Shown here one piece after another: positions 11,430-28,488 of a stretch of 64,000 nucleotides of DNA (its first letter is position 1; every line of letters starts with the position of its first letter). Below the pieces are notes generated by a model. The model had not been told where the DNA came from. It saw nothing but the letters and a program-made list of their open reading frames with translations, and searched no databases. The translations under genes and the position numbers were made by a program. This DNA is from Pocillopora damicornis (taxonomy: Eukaryota). The stretch is from assembly GCF_003704095.1 (NCBI RefSeq), contig NW_020843367.1:434001-498000 (forward strand). Reading direction: 5' to 3'.

Positions 11430-13970
11430 ATGGCAAAAGGTCGAACATTCGCTCCATCGAAGGAGAAAGAAGGAAACTGGGTGAGTCGAGTAAAGTGAAA
11501 ATCCTTTGTTAGATCGCCGTGCAAAACTGAATTGACATAAACCGCTGGGGGAGACTCTTTTGTTACTTATTTGTTTAATACAGCCCAAGAAAAAATGATA
11601 CGAAGATCGTATAAATTATTCGAATTTACACACGTTATAACTCGAGAATATGTGTGTAAATCACAAACTACTATCTGTCGATTTGTTTTCACACGCAAGA
11701 GTCAAAGAAACATGCAAACTATGATGAAAACAAGGCCTTGTCAGGAAAGCCGCTGCTCTTTATATCTGTTATTCATAGGCTGGTTTCACCGAATGTAAAA
11801 GTTAATATTTATGCATTCGAGTCAATCAACGAAAGAAGGCTCGCTAGGTAGACACACTTCACTTAGAAGTCATCTTCTGCCAAGAAGTTGTTTTGCAATT
11901 AAATGAAGGTCATTATGTACACAAAAACTCACTTAGGCCTCAAATTATTTAAACAAACGAAAGTGACAAGGTTTTGTATTTATGGAAATTTGTGGCCTCT
12001 TCGTAGCCTCATGTTTAAAAATAAACATGATTCGTCGTCAAAATAGCAGCTGAATGAATTTGTCAATTATTGTCAAACTATGCAAAGCCATACTAGGTCT
12101 GGCTAACTAGATATTTTGCCAACCAGAGAATTGTAAAAAAGACGAAAAACTTTTCAATAGTTCTAATCATAAACTGTCGAGACCTCCGAAAGCTGGCAAC
12201 CTCGCGCCAGACAAGGATAGTGCTCACTTACAGAGACATGACGGAAAAACATTAAACTGGGAGGGTGGGATCTGGAAAGCAATCGCTAGAGAGGTAAGCA
12301 CTGTGGGGACTTTCTCCACAGAGGGAGATCGTTATTACTAATTTCAGACGAAAAGACATCTTTCTCCAATGTCCCTGGGCCTTGGGCTCAAATTTTACGA
12401 TAAAAATATCTTTATCAAGCATATGCCAGGCTTTCGGTTAGCTCAAAGGGGCAAAAAAGGACGCACTGAAAAGTGGAGGGGCAGGCGTTTCTATGACAAA
12501 TACAAACGCTTTATCAATTGCCCGCTCCTTTTCTCGCGTCTATTGACTGAGAGCGTGTTTGGGATAAAAAGCTACTATAACCCGGAGATGAAAAACGAGT
12601 GATTCATACTAAATAGATCGCGACAGAGGCGCCAAATCTCGAGGAGATGTGAATGCGACAGATGTTAGATTTCGCTAGAACATCACAATTTGACGTCTCA
12701 CCATGGACGACACAACGCAACCGACTCTTTTTTTCTCCAGTTTTCCCAATGGTGCTTTAATGTAAACTTACCTTGCACTGTTGTTTTTTTTCTAATGTTT
12801 TGTCCCAGTATTCTACGCGGGGCTGGCCTAGGACGCTCGATGTCACTAAACCACAAGAACGAAGGGTGGCATCCCCTCCCACGAGATTTAACAGCAAACA
12901 CGAGGTAATATTAAGATTAACTATTTATATCTTTAAAACTTCTTCGACCTTCAAATCAATGATTAATTGTACTATTATCAAACACTTTGTGTATGAAATC
13001 TGATGAAAGTTCAAGATGGTGTAATGGAGGAGTGAACGCTGTTTGATGATTTTGTTTTTGTTTTGGTTCCGTTTCAATAGGTCCCGTTCAGAAGATTTGC
13101 TTTTTCAACACACGATAACAGACATACATTCCAAGACCAGGGAGAGTACTTTGGAAACGTAAGGCAGTCGCGATCACTTTTCGATCATATTCCTAGGAAA
13201 GTCAGGTTTAAAAAGAGCTTTTACTTGGTAAAATCGTTCTCCATATTTATAGTACGGTATACAATAAAGGAGCAAGCAACTTCTGCGCGTGCGTAAACGC
13301 ATTTTCTCGCGCTCCCCAAATGCGCACGCATGCAACGATTCTTTCCCAGAGAGACACCGTGACTTAAGAAGGACAGATACGACACTTAAACGGCATACTT
13401 CGGTCAAACTTGGTACCCATGCGCTAAAAGATCGCTCATGAATTCAACCTGTCAAAAAGAGCGCTCTTGATTAACTTTATTAGCTCGACTCCATGATACT
13501 GTACTAAGACACCGAAACGGTTTAGTATTTTAATCGATGTGGCGCCGCCATGGAAAAAATAAATCCGTGCATTTTTTTTTTTGTTGTTGTTGTTGTTAAT
13601 CCGTTTTTTTGGTTGTTTGGTTCCTTAAACCTTCATTTTCTTTCAGGGACTTGGACGTCGAACTTTTCCCGACAGATGTCAGCACTACTCCAACAATCTG
13701 ATCACATGGGAGACAAATAATGACCCTCGCTCGTGCTATATGGCGTCTTACCAAGGTCTCCAGGGAAATGATAACAGCCGGTATAGACGGTTTCCGCGTG
13801 TTCATCTTGAAGGAAAACCTGGTTCTGCCCCATCAGAAACCACAACCACCAAGTGGTTTAAGCAACCAGACGTTCCGTACAAAACACCTCTGCACGTACT
13901 GGCGATAACTCAAGAACCGTTTCTGACCCCCAACAAATGGGTATATTCGTACAGACCGATATGGTATTAA
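11430..13970 (+). CDS. TEX36: Testis-expressed protein 36-like (HDNR-motif family)
   Basis: Phase-0 exons 11430-11480 (MAKGRTFAPSKEKEGNW), 12809-12904, 13081-13158 (FAFSTHDNRHTFQDQGEYFGN), 13647-13970 (GLGRRTFPDRCQH...YRRFPR). Order of the N-terminal, HDNR, GLGR and RRFPR blocks matches TEX36 as recalled. Confidence 0.8.
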
Positions 13971-14437
13971 CAGTAATTGATGTTGCCTTTACGTGGTTTT
14001 TATTTATTTAGATCTGCATCTGCGTGCCAGCCTACAATGCGATTTAAAAATGGACTCATCATTGTGTGATCACCAGATGCCTCATGTTTTCAAGAAGACT
14101 CCTGTTTCAAACGCAAAACAAGATTAAGTGGTGTGATTTGCTCGATTTCAAACTCAAGATGTGCTTGATATTCAAGTTTTACTTTGTAAATCTTATTTAT
14201 TTTGTGTTTAAATTTATTCAATATTATTTTTTTTTTAGAAAACTGAGAAGTTCAGTTTACCTTGTGTCCTTGAATAAATCGAAGCAACTTACAATAAAAC
14301 TGATGTCCTCTTCCAACTTCCCACACTTGGGTAAACCAAGTGCGAAAAACCTGGGCTATCGCAAACCAGATGGTTGGATTCCAAGTAATATAATAAGACA
14401 GTCCGTCGCTGGAGGTAGTCACTACGGAATGTCGATT

Positions 14438-14990
14438 TATAATGGCAATAGGAGCGAGTGGAGTCCAATTCGGTCTGTAATCGTACGAGTAATTGGCAAA
14501 ATCGGGCGGCCGCGAGGCGGGATTCCGATTTGTCAATCACGAGTATGATTACAGGCAAAATTGGAAGACACGAAGTCCTGTTATCAATTCTTCATAACCG
14601 TTACAATTTCCGAAAGAAAAAATACATTTAGGACAAACATCTCTGATAGAGACAACGTCTAAAGAAGAAAGTTCCTCCGTTTTGGAAATTCCCCAACGTT
14701 AATTTTTTCCCAGGATAAGTGGATGGTCTATGATTACCGTGATCAATTCTGTGATTGATAGATTTAGCTGAGTAGACTCAGTATGATTGGCTGCTTCTAC
14801 TGTCCGATTACAGGTGTACGATTACAACCAACTGTCCGATTACAACTGTACAGAATGCTCAGTAAAAAACATAGCGGCTAATGCACCAGTCATTCGCGTG
14901 GAAACTTTAATGGTTATGATTCAAGCCATGAGAAGCCTCCTTGTTATCAGGCCACTTACCCAAAACTGACCAATCCGATTACAAGAAACA
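14438..14990 (+). repeat. Interspersed repeat with a ~100 bp terminal hairpin downstream of TEX36
   Basis: ccaattcggtctgtaatcgtacgagt...aaatcgg / ccgatttg...acgagtatgattacag...aattgg palindrome; a related terminus occurs in reverse at ~51360-51465. Right boundary approximate. Confidence 0.55.
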
Positions 14991-15290
14991 AGCTCAACCA
15001 ATTCCATGTTGTTTTTCGTCTTTGTTTGCTTTGAACCTAAGAAGTGACTGGCAAAGATGAATAATGGAATCATTGCTTTTCGCTCGTAATGAGTACACTG
15101 TACCCCTCGATTAAAGTGAATCTTGCCTCAATTTCTTCGGCCCGGCTCACATAGGAAGCCACGGTTAGCATGTTACGATAGAGAACGATACCCTTTAACT
15201 GCAAATACTTCACAATTTACATCAAGCAAAATCCCACAAGAACACTTAAAATGGGAGCAGAAAGAAAAACAGGCCATGGAAACGTAATTT

Positions 15291-15395
15291 TCGCCCCAAC
15301 GAAGGGCTAACGTTCGAAAAGTCAGCTTTAGAAGCTATTCGCGGTGAACAATTCACATTATCAACTTGGCTGATAAACCGAATTATCTATGTAAC
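15291..15395 (+). repeat. Penelope-like-element-derived repeat with a degenerate minimal hammerhead motif
   Basis: ccaacgaagggctaacgttcgaaaagtcagc; homologous copies at 22935-23090 (+) and 22305-22452 (-). Confidence 0.5.
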
Positions 15396-16796
15396 ATTAA
15401 AGCAGTAATAGAAATCATTCTGACGAAGATTTGACGACAAGAACACGCCTGAACACAATAACTCGATGATTTGACGAGAACGCCATCAGAGGTTTACTTA
15501 AAAAAAAGAGAGAAATAAAGATTGACAGGGCATAATGGAGTCAGGAATTATGTGGGTGATGGTAGAAGTCTGAGAATTTCTAGAGGAAAGTTTAAAATAA
15601 ATAGAGAAATGAGTAATTAAATTCAGAGTGATTTAAGGCACAAACGACTTCTGAAGCTTCGGCTGAATAAAAATATTATCTAAATCATTTGGCAGCTCGA
15701 GTGGAGTTAGCGTTTCTATCTGGCTTTGCTGTAGCGTTAAGTACAAGAAACCGCCAAAGACTAGCTAAATATTTCTGAAATGTAGATCTTGTAACTGATC
15801 GCAGTGAATTACTACTAACAGTGACACAATCAAAGGTTTTATTGCACAGGTCAGTATTTTCAAATATTTTATGGCTCAAAGCAAAGCGGCGCTATAATCT
15901 TGTTGAGACCTCTTGGAGTGAATGTGCGGACTCCCAGTAATTATCACAAAGCTTCTTATTCTATCGTTCGCGAAACCTCAGCTCTAACTTTCAAACAATA
16001 CTGACATTTCTTTTGCGCTTTTCTCATCCTTTCTGCGCTATAGTTTCTCGTTTTTGCTTCATCTTGCTTCTGCTGTCGGATCAATGTCAAATGTTCTTGA
16101 TGCAAGAACATTCACTAAAAAAGAATTGTCCACACAGTTCATTTCTTTAACATTGCATGTACGAAAAGTTCTTATCTCCTTTTTATGTCTAGTGGGATAA
16201 AAAGCGTGCGAAGACGAAATACTCAGTGCCGCGTGATTGCACGACACCTTTACTCGGTCGCTCGACGTGAAATCCTGACAAAGAAAACCGTTGGTAATGA
16301 TCTACATTTCCTTCGCCGAAAAATCTGGATCAGTGGCACTGTCATTTCGAATGACAACACAAAATCTGTGTTTCTACATTTCGTGGGTTCAAATATCACA
16401 GATCGTTTGATCTTAATCTCTACGACTCTTCCAAAGACGCCAAAAAACATCTATAAACAAATAACCATAAATAAACAACAATTCTACATAAATAAATCAA
16501 TAAATATAAAATCAAAGTAACAAAGGTTGCAAGATGTGTAAGGGTGTTGCAAAAGCTATGAAAGGCTTTAGAAAACAAAAATACTTCTGGGTCTTCTCAA
16601 ATCTTCTCTGGAAGTTTCCTTTCGACTTATCACTTTCCCGCAACAGTTTCATTCCATTTTCAAAATACTTTAAAACACATTTCTCTGAAACACACTGTTC
16701 GACTCAGAGAGAATAGTTGCCTCACTATATGAAGATTGGAAAAAGCGAACAAGGTGAAACAACATCGAAATAAATTGGACTGGATCAAATTCTACG

Positions 16797-19700
16797 CTAT
16801 TCCAGAAGACTGACTTGAGATGTTATTATAAGAGGAGTTCTTTTCAACTGATCTTTGAATTCAGTCCAGCTTAAAGGAAAGAATTCTTCGTATCCCCAGC
16901 CGGATCCTTCTCTATCAAACACGTCCGCTTCGTTGATTACTCGTGTAGCCTTAGGAAAGTTGGATGTCAGAGAATAAGCAAGTTTGACGAATCCTTTGCT
17001 ACTATGGCGGAAGTCACGTGTGCTTATTGTCAGATATAGGCCTTGACACCCGGAAGTCCTCAGCTTCAGCTCAAGGAACCTGAAAAGGCAATTACATCTC
17101 AGCAAAGCTACAATAGAAACAAATTTAAATGTTATTTAGAGATAACTGAAAAAGCTCTCAAAACCGTTCTTTCCAGACTATTTCCATTCTCCTAACACTT
17201 TCTTTGTCTCCCGCTCTAGAACATCTACCGCCCACTTGTTGGTACTGTACTACCAATCAAAGCATCATTTTCCCCAAAAGCCGGTAGACAGCTTACATTT
17301 CGTATCCGCTGACCCAGAAATGCGGTGATTTGATGATCTTCTTTTTCTTCTCTACTTCAATATCTTCTCCAATGTCCACTGTCCAGTTAAACACCACTGG
17401 ATCATCATGAGCTTTCCTGCCAACAGGCTCTCCCTCCTCACACTGTCTCTCCTGACAAAATATATTGGCAAAACATTTATGTTTTCAAGTCTGAACGCAT
17501 TGCAGCCGCGTTCAGTAACATACAATGGGAGATTAATTGAACAGGTTAACCTAACGATTAAAATATTGGCATCTGAAGCAAGCGGTGTGGACAAATACCG
17601 TACTGACTAACAGTGACTAGCATCTAATTTCTTCTTACTATATCACCCCTGAATTACACCATAACAATCACCAAATTAAGAAGCTCTTGATTGTTAAACA
17701 AATTCTCCTTATAAGCACCTTAGGAAATTTATGGAGAACAGAATGGAGAATATGCATACTGATTTCAGGGTGTAAAGGGTTAAAGAAAGCTTTCCAAATG
17801 TTGGCTGATAAGTAGTAGTGAGTCACCTTGTCAAGATAACTGATGGTATAATAACAGCAGTACATTCATGAGTTTTCACTATGAATAGTATAGTTAACAA
17901 ATAGATTGCATCAAGTGAAGCTGAGTGTATCAATAATGTTCTTTCAACAATTTGATGTCTTCTGTGAGCTATTGTTGTACAGACCCACCACAACATGGAA
18001 TCTTTTTGTTTTGCATGATAAAGAAAGCAACATTTGTTAATGGTGATGTCCTCTATGCATCTGTACCCAAAAGATCAAAAGTAATTCATTATTTATAGGT
18101 AATAAATAATTCAGCTTATCATATCACATACCTTAGAGAATGCATGGTAAAAAACAGCCTCTTCAAACATCAGTTGAAACTTAGCAACTGTAGAAGCAAT
18201 TGGGTGATCACTGGTAACAACATCATGTAGGTAATTAATGGTCATGGCTTTGAAGCGAACCAATTCCAACAGGGGCTCAAGCTGATCATCAAACACTTCA
18301 TTCACCTCTGCCCATTTCATCAGTGCAAGGAACACAGTATTTTCTGAGGATACACACAACTCATGGCTGGAAAGAACTAAAGAATTCAATGAAAATTAGA
18401 CATAACTAGTCTCACAGCAATCAGTTGATAAACTATGCTTCAGACAACGATGAAACATATCAGAAAACTCAGATGATCTATTCTGTCTGAAATCCATCTA
18501 TATTTGTCATTCTCTTTTCTTCCGCTAACAATGAAAAAACAGATGTTATCATTTCCCATTCTAACCATTCTTTCAAGATGTTTTTATTCCCACCAAAATC
18601 CTACCCTCAATCATTCCAAAATTTCAAAAACTTTTTGGTGATCCTCTGTATTAGACACTGTTATACATTTTTAGCATAGCCAGAGAGCAGTCCCTCATTG
18701 TTAGCCCTGAGAGACACACCTTTTTCCACCCCTTCCCCCCCATAGATGTAAAACAAGTCAGGGAGAGGTTGGCTGGGGGTCTCCCCAGCTTGGGTTGCTT
18801 AAGGCCTCATGCTTTCCTGTGGGCAAAGAATAAATGCTTGTGCCAAAGAGCTAATAATGAAAGCCTGCTCACAGGCTACTTTTGGCAATGCATTTAATCA
18901 CTAACTACATTGCTAACAATTGTTTTTTCTCTATCTTGTGTTATGTTTGCCTTTGAAAAATTGTTGCTTTCTTTGGTATTCTTTCTGGCACTCTTGCAAC
19001 TCATTAGTGACAGAGTTGTCATGAATAAACCCCTGTACAAACAGCAAACATGCTATTGACATACCTTTCTGTAGACCATTGGAACTCAGAGACAGAAAGT
19101 GTTCATTCGACCATTGAGAGTCTAATGGACTGAATTCCTCAACCAGGAATTCTTCACATCGCCTGATAAATTCTGCCATCTCAGGGAGTCTGAAAGTAAC
19201 AATTGAGAAGTTGTGTTGAATTTAACCCTTTACACCCTAACATCAGTAAGCATATTCTCCATACTTTCCTTTATACATTTTCTAAGGTATTGACAAGAAG
19301 AATTTGTTTAACAATCACCATTTCCTTCAGTTGGTGATTATTTCTTTTATTCTTTTGAAATTAATACTTGATTCAGGAGTGATAGGGCAAGGAGAAATTA
19401 GACGCTGGTCACTCTCAGGGGCCAAAAGGTTACTAAGTGTTTACGTCACTAATTTGGATCATAGAGTCATTAACATGTGCTTTGTTTAAAAAGATAGAGT
19501 ACAAATCAAATAATTCTGATGAAGGGTCGGGAAAAGGAATTGGGCTACTTATTTTTCACCCTAAAACTAAAACTTTCATCCCACCCAGATTTCTCTCCTA
19601 AATCAATTTATCACATCCAATTTGCAATTGCTGGTAATCCTTATAACCTGATTGGCTCTCAGCAGAGCATTTAAATGCCCAATTACACTAGTTTTTCACT

Positions 19701-21700
19701 ATAATCACATCTTTTTTCCCAGCCAATAATAAGCCAATGCTAAAACTAAAGAAGAACCATTCAATTTTCAAAGCTTGTTTGAAGTAACTAACTAAATTGC
19801 TACAAAATGAAAGACAAAGAAGCCATTGTAAAGCTAATTGTGCAACTGTTGTTCCTAAAATTTTCTTTTTCTTTAGCTTTGAATTACCTTTCATGCTCTT
19901 GCATATTCAAGGATTTGTCACAGATCTCAACTGTCAATTCCGCTGAACCAAGAAGTCTAAAGAATAAGGACACAATAAAGAATTCTATAAAATGTTTCAA
20001 GTAATTACTCTTTCATGGTATCAAAGAGAAGACTTACACTTGGAAGAAAAACCATACCAAACTATACAACTTTACTTGGAAGAAAAACCATACTAATCAC
20101 AACCCCCTTTTGAAACTAAGGAAATTAAGAAGTTGCTATGAACTAAAATTACAAACAAGTAAAACAGCCTGAAGCTCATCTGTTTTGTCTCAATAGTTAC
20201 AACATGAACTTCATTGATGTGAAGATATTACACATTCTCATCAGCGGTTTGCTTGGTCAACCCTTTACACCCTAACAACAGTGTGTATATTCTCCATACT
20301 GTTCTCTATACAATTCCTGAGGTATTGATTGTTGACCATTTTCTTTATTCTTGGACCTTTATGGTTAATTCAGGGGTGATATTATGAGGAGAAATTAGAA
20401 GCTAGTCAATGTTGGATGTCAAAGGAATAAATAAAGAGTTTCTTTTTTAAGGAGAAATTGGCTGTCAATCAACAACAGAGAAATTGAAATCTTACTTCTG
20501 GCAAGCCTTGAGTGTGCTCTCTGCATCATAAACATGAGCAAGTCTCATAAGAACAAGAAGATTTTCCACACTTTCTGGCATCACAACTTCAGGCTTATAC
20601 AGTGATTCTATCAACAGAAGGAACATCGATGACAAGGATTCGCTGATGTTCATCTCAACCTGTTTAGAAGAAAGTTTAAAATTAATTCAACCCATGCAAA
20701 TATTTTCTAAATTGAAAATTAATTAAATTACTTGTTTTCGATGAATTCAATTCAGGTTTCTTAAAAACGTACATACGAAAAAACGTATGTTCAAATTTTA
20801 CTAAGTATACAAAAAATGTCAAGCCATTGGGCACTCTTGAGGCCAGTTGAAATAACAGGAAATTAGCCAATAAATGTATATGTCAGGTCAGAGGAATCAT
20901 ACCTTTTTCACTTTTGTCTCCTTCATCCCTGAGCTAAAAAATAGGCTTCTAAAGTAAGAACTATTCAAAGCCAGCCAGAAGCTGTGAACATACAGCTGCT
21001 GTTCCCGGATGACAGTGTCAGTAAATGTCAAATATTCTACGCTGGCCTCTGCAGTTCCGGTTTTGGACGATTGTAAAGGGGCAGATGCTGAAGGGCTTTC
21101 GTCGCCAGTATTTAAAGCGGTTAAACCTATGGCACCGGCTTTGTGAGTATAGCTAATGTCTGCTATGAGCAACTTGCTAATGGTGACATCTACATCTGAT
21201 GATGTCGGAGAGACGACGGCGTCTCCATTCGAATTTGCAGCATTTTGCCAATTTCCAGAATCTTGATTCACTGGGTTATGTCCTTTCTCGCCCCTGATTG
21301 AGGATTCTTCTATTTTCTTACTCTTAACCGTTTTTTTGGTCTCAGAAAATGTAACGTCGCTTATTCCGGAATCACAGCTTAAGCTGCTAACAGTTCTTAA
21401 TTCTGAAGCGGAGTTTACAGAGTCGTCACCACGACCTGCAGATTCGGTGTCACATTTTGGCTCAGACGTGCTAACAATCGATTCTTTGTCTGTAGATACA
21501 TGCAGCCTTTCTTTTTGATTAAAATTTGTCCCTGAAATCGCATCGTTTCCCTCTTGAGAATTCGTTTTCGTGATACTTCGAACCCGGCGTGCTGCTTCGA
21601 GCTTTTCCCAACCATCTTTTCGAATCTTCACGACTAAAATGCGATCAGACATTTCTGGATTGTTGAAATGATCTCCAATTTTTTCGAAGAGCTTTTCCAT
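16797..21700 (-). CDS. BTB/POZ-BACK protein with C-terminal MATH-like domain (POB1/LRB-like Cullin3 adaptor)
   Basis: Exons 21700-20903, 20659-20496, 19956-19888, 19189-19065, 18376-18132, 17451-17297, 17079-16797. BTB pieces FNNPEMSDRILVV ... LYVHSFWLALNSSYFRSLFFSSGMKET; BACK VLSSHELCVSSENTVFLALMKW/LLELVRF; MATH-like VFNWTV..SPHFWVSGYEMFLEL..GLYL..GWGYEEFF. Start codon uncertain (acceptor-like site at ~21726). Confidence 0.85.
17612..17783 (+). mobile_element. Same MITE family, 5'-truncated, in a BTB gene intron
   Basis: ctagcatctaatttc...ggagaatatgcatactgatttcagggtgtaaagggttaa. Confidence 0.75.
19222..19432 (-). mobile_element. Same MITE family, reverse orientation, in a BTB gene intron
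   Basis: ttaaccctttacaccctaacatcagtaagcatattctccatac...ggagaaattagacgctggtcactc. Confidence 0.75.
20257..20430 (-). mobile_element. Same MITE family, internally deleted, in a BTB gene intron
   Basis: caaccctttacaccctaac...atattctccatactgttctcta...ggagaaattagaagctagtca. Confidence 0.7.
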
Positions 21701-21938
21701 GACTGAAACGTTTGCTTCGTCTGCCTTGAAAGAGAGAATAAACAATTCCTTAGACGCAAAAGCTCCATAGACGCTTTGAAAACTTGTGTTAGTAAACAAA
21801 GTAAATGAAAAGCCGCTGACCAACCAATCTTGTTGGCAAACGGCCAGCAGCATCTCACTGAGAGCATGAGCTGAAAATCTAGCAGAAAATTGTCGAGTCA
21901 AGTCAGAGAAAAAGTGATACAGAGTTTGATAAATCAAG

Positions 21939-26543
<4,605 letters not shown>

Positions 26544-28304
26544 CGAAATCTTATTTGTAAATACTTCAATATCCAAAGCAAAGATTTCACAAGTGATAAA
26601 TCAATTGACATTTTGTCGCTAGGCAAACTAAGGGTTTATACCTTTCGCAGTAAATAAAAAAATTGAAACGATTTTCTTTGCAATGTACTCTTGAGATTTC
26701 CCAACCAAAGCTCTCTATAACTGACTCCACATTAACTTAGGTAAAGGAGAAAAAAAGGTAAATTTATTAAGGGGGCCTTTAGCTCTCTCCCTTTCTCCCC
26801 CCCCCCCTCCCCCCTCCATCTCTCTCACGATTTTTGTTGTTTTTTCATGCTCATGAAATTCGCTCCTATCCGGTCACGTTGGCTCAATACCAAGCAGCCG
26901 TGTGGGGAACGATTTTACACTTAGGAATACGAGTTTACACTTAGGAATAGGAGTGAGGGTCGGGGGGCCGGCTTGACTCCTCCCTCCCTTCCCCCTCCTC
27001 CCTCCTTAAACAGAACATGAGACAAAATAAGAACGAGATCAAATTTTAGAAAAATGACTTTTTAATTCGCCACAAATATGGAGAACCATGGGAAGCTTAT
27101 CCCTGATGCTCGATGTAATTAATCAACGATGAGACGTAATTCGCCAAAATTTTTTCCTCGTCATACTGTGTAATTATCTTGAGATTCATTTGTTGCTGGA
27201 CTCCAGGATCAGTTGCAGAGCGAACGATTCATGATCTCGGAATGATACTGACATTCGGACCCAGAATTTGCAGGTGGGTCCGCACGACGTGAGCGGCTAA
27301 CCGGCGCCTTTGAAATAATCTTGGACAAAAATGACATAAACAAATGGTCAATACAGGCCAGGTGGTATGGTAAAATAGAAAACTGGAGTGAAAATTTATG
27401 GACTAGAGCCAACAACTTGTACATTGTAGAGGAACGCTACAAAATGGTAGCTTGAAGATGAGTTATCGCTTATTGTGCACATTAAACAGACCGAAGTTTC
27501 TGAATTTTTATTTTTATTTTTATAAGGTGGCCAGGTTTTGACGGGCAAAGGCAATCAATACTAAGTTTAGAATTTTAATTAAAACAAAAAAATATTTCTT
27601 TCCAAGGCAATTAAAACATATTTCCCACCCACACAACTGACACTGATCACCAAAGTTCCAGCCAAGCCAGTTTTATTCCAACTTTTTAGAATTGTTGATC
27701 TGCAAAGTAAGTTCCGAGAAAGAGATCGATAAAAGCCAGCTACCTTCAAACTGTGTTTCGCCTGTTTCGTGTCTTCTGCTGGCATCACTAGAACCGGATT
27801 GTCGAATTTTAATATGAAATTTCTCCGTCTGCCAGCAAGTTAATCCACGGCACTATTGTTTCCACAGACTTTTTTCGAAGTTATGACACTAAGGGTGCGA
27901 AATGTTTCAAGATCCACTCATTTGGCCCTTTTTCGAAACGGCTGACGAAACGATTCCAATTTTTCGGTGCGTCTGCTTCACCATTCTGGCGCCAAATGGA
28001 CCGAGGATCAAGGAGAAATTCGATTTGAGCAGATCTGGATTCATGTGAGAGGATTATTTCTTGAGTCTCCCTTGCAATGACCGCAAACATATTATCATTC
28101 TTATGCCTTAAGTTTTACCTAATCTCTACGGGCGGCATCGAAATCACAGAGGAAAAAAAAAGAGTCGGGATTCTAGAAGAGTCGCGCGCTTTTCGTGATC
28201 GTCACGCGAGTAAAGAGAGGTCTTTCAGTTGCGAGCGTGGGTTCTCGTGTGTTGCTCCTTCAATTCTCAAACTTTCGACCTTTTTTCGGAAAATACCACT
28301 CAAC

Positions 28305-28488
28305 GTAAGTATTAAAACATGGAACGACCTGAAAACACCTACAACCACCTACNNNNNNNNNNNNNNNNNNNNNNNNNNNNNNNNNNNNNNNNNNNNNNNN
28401 NNNNNNNNNNNNNNNNNNNNNNNNNNNNNNNNNNNNNNNNNNNNNNNNNNNNAGGTGGTTTTAGGTCGTTCCATGTTTTAGTACTTAC
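28305..28488. mobile_element. TIR element spanning a 100-N assembly gap
   Basis: gtaagtattaaaacatggaacgacct left of the gap and aggtcgttccatgttttagtacttac right of it are inverted copies; short a(a)ccacct repeat units run into the gap. Confidence 0.65.

Noticed and set aside
16059-16450. Exon-like segment with an acceptor downstream of the BTB gene
   Set aside because: Stops in all frames and no recognisable domain.
19515-19550. CTGATGA...GAAA hammerhead-like core
   Set aside because: No stem II pairing and no properly placed cleavage triplet.
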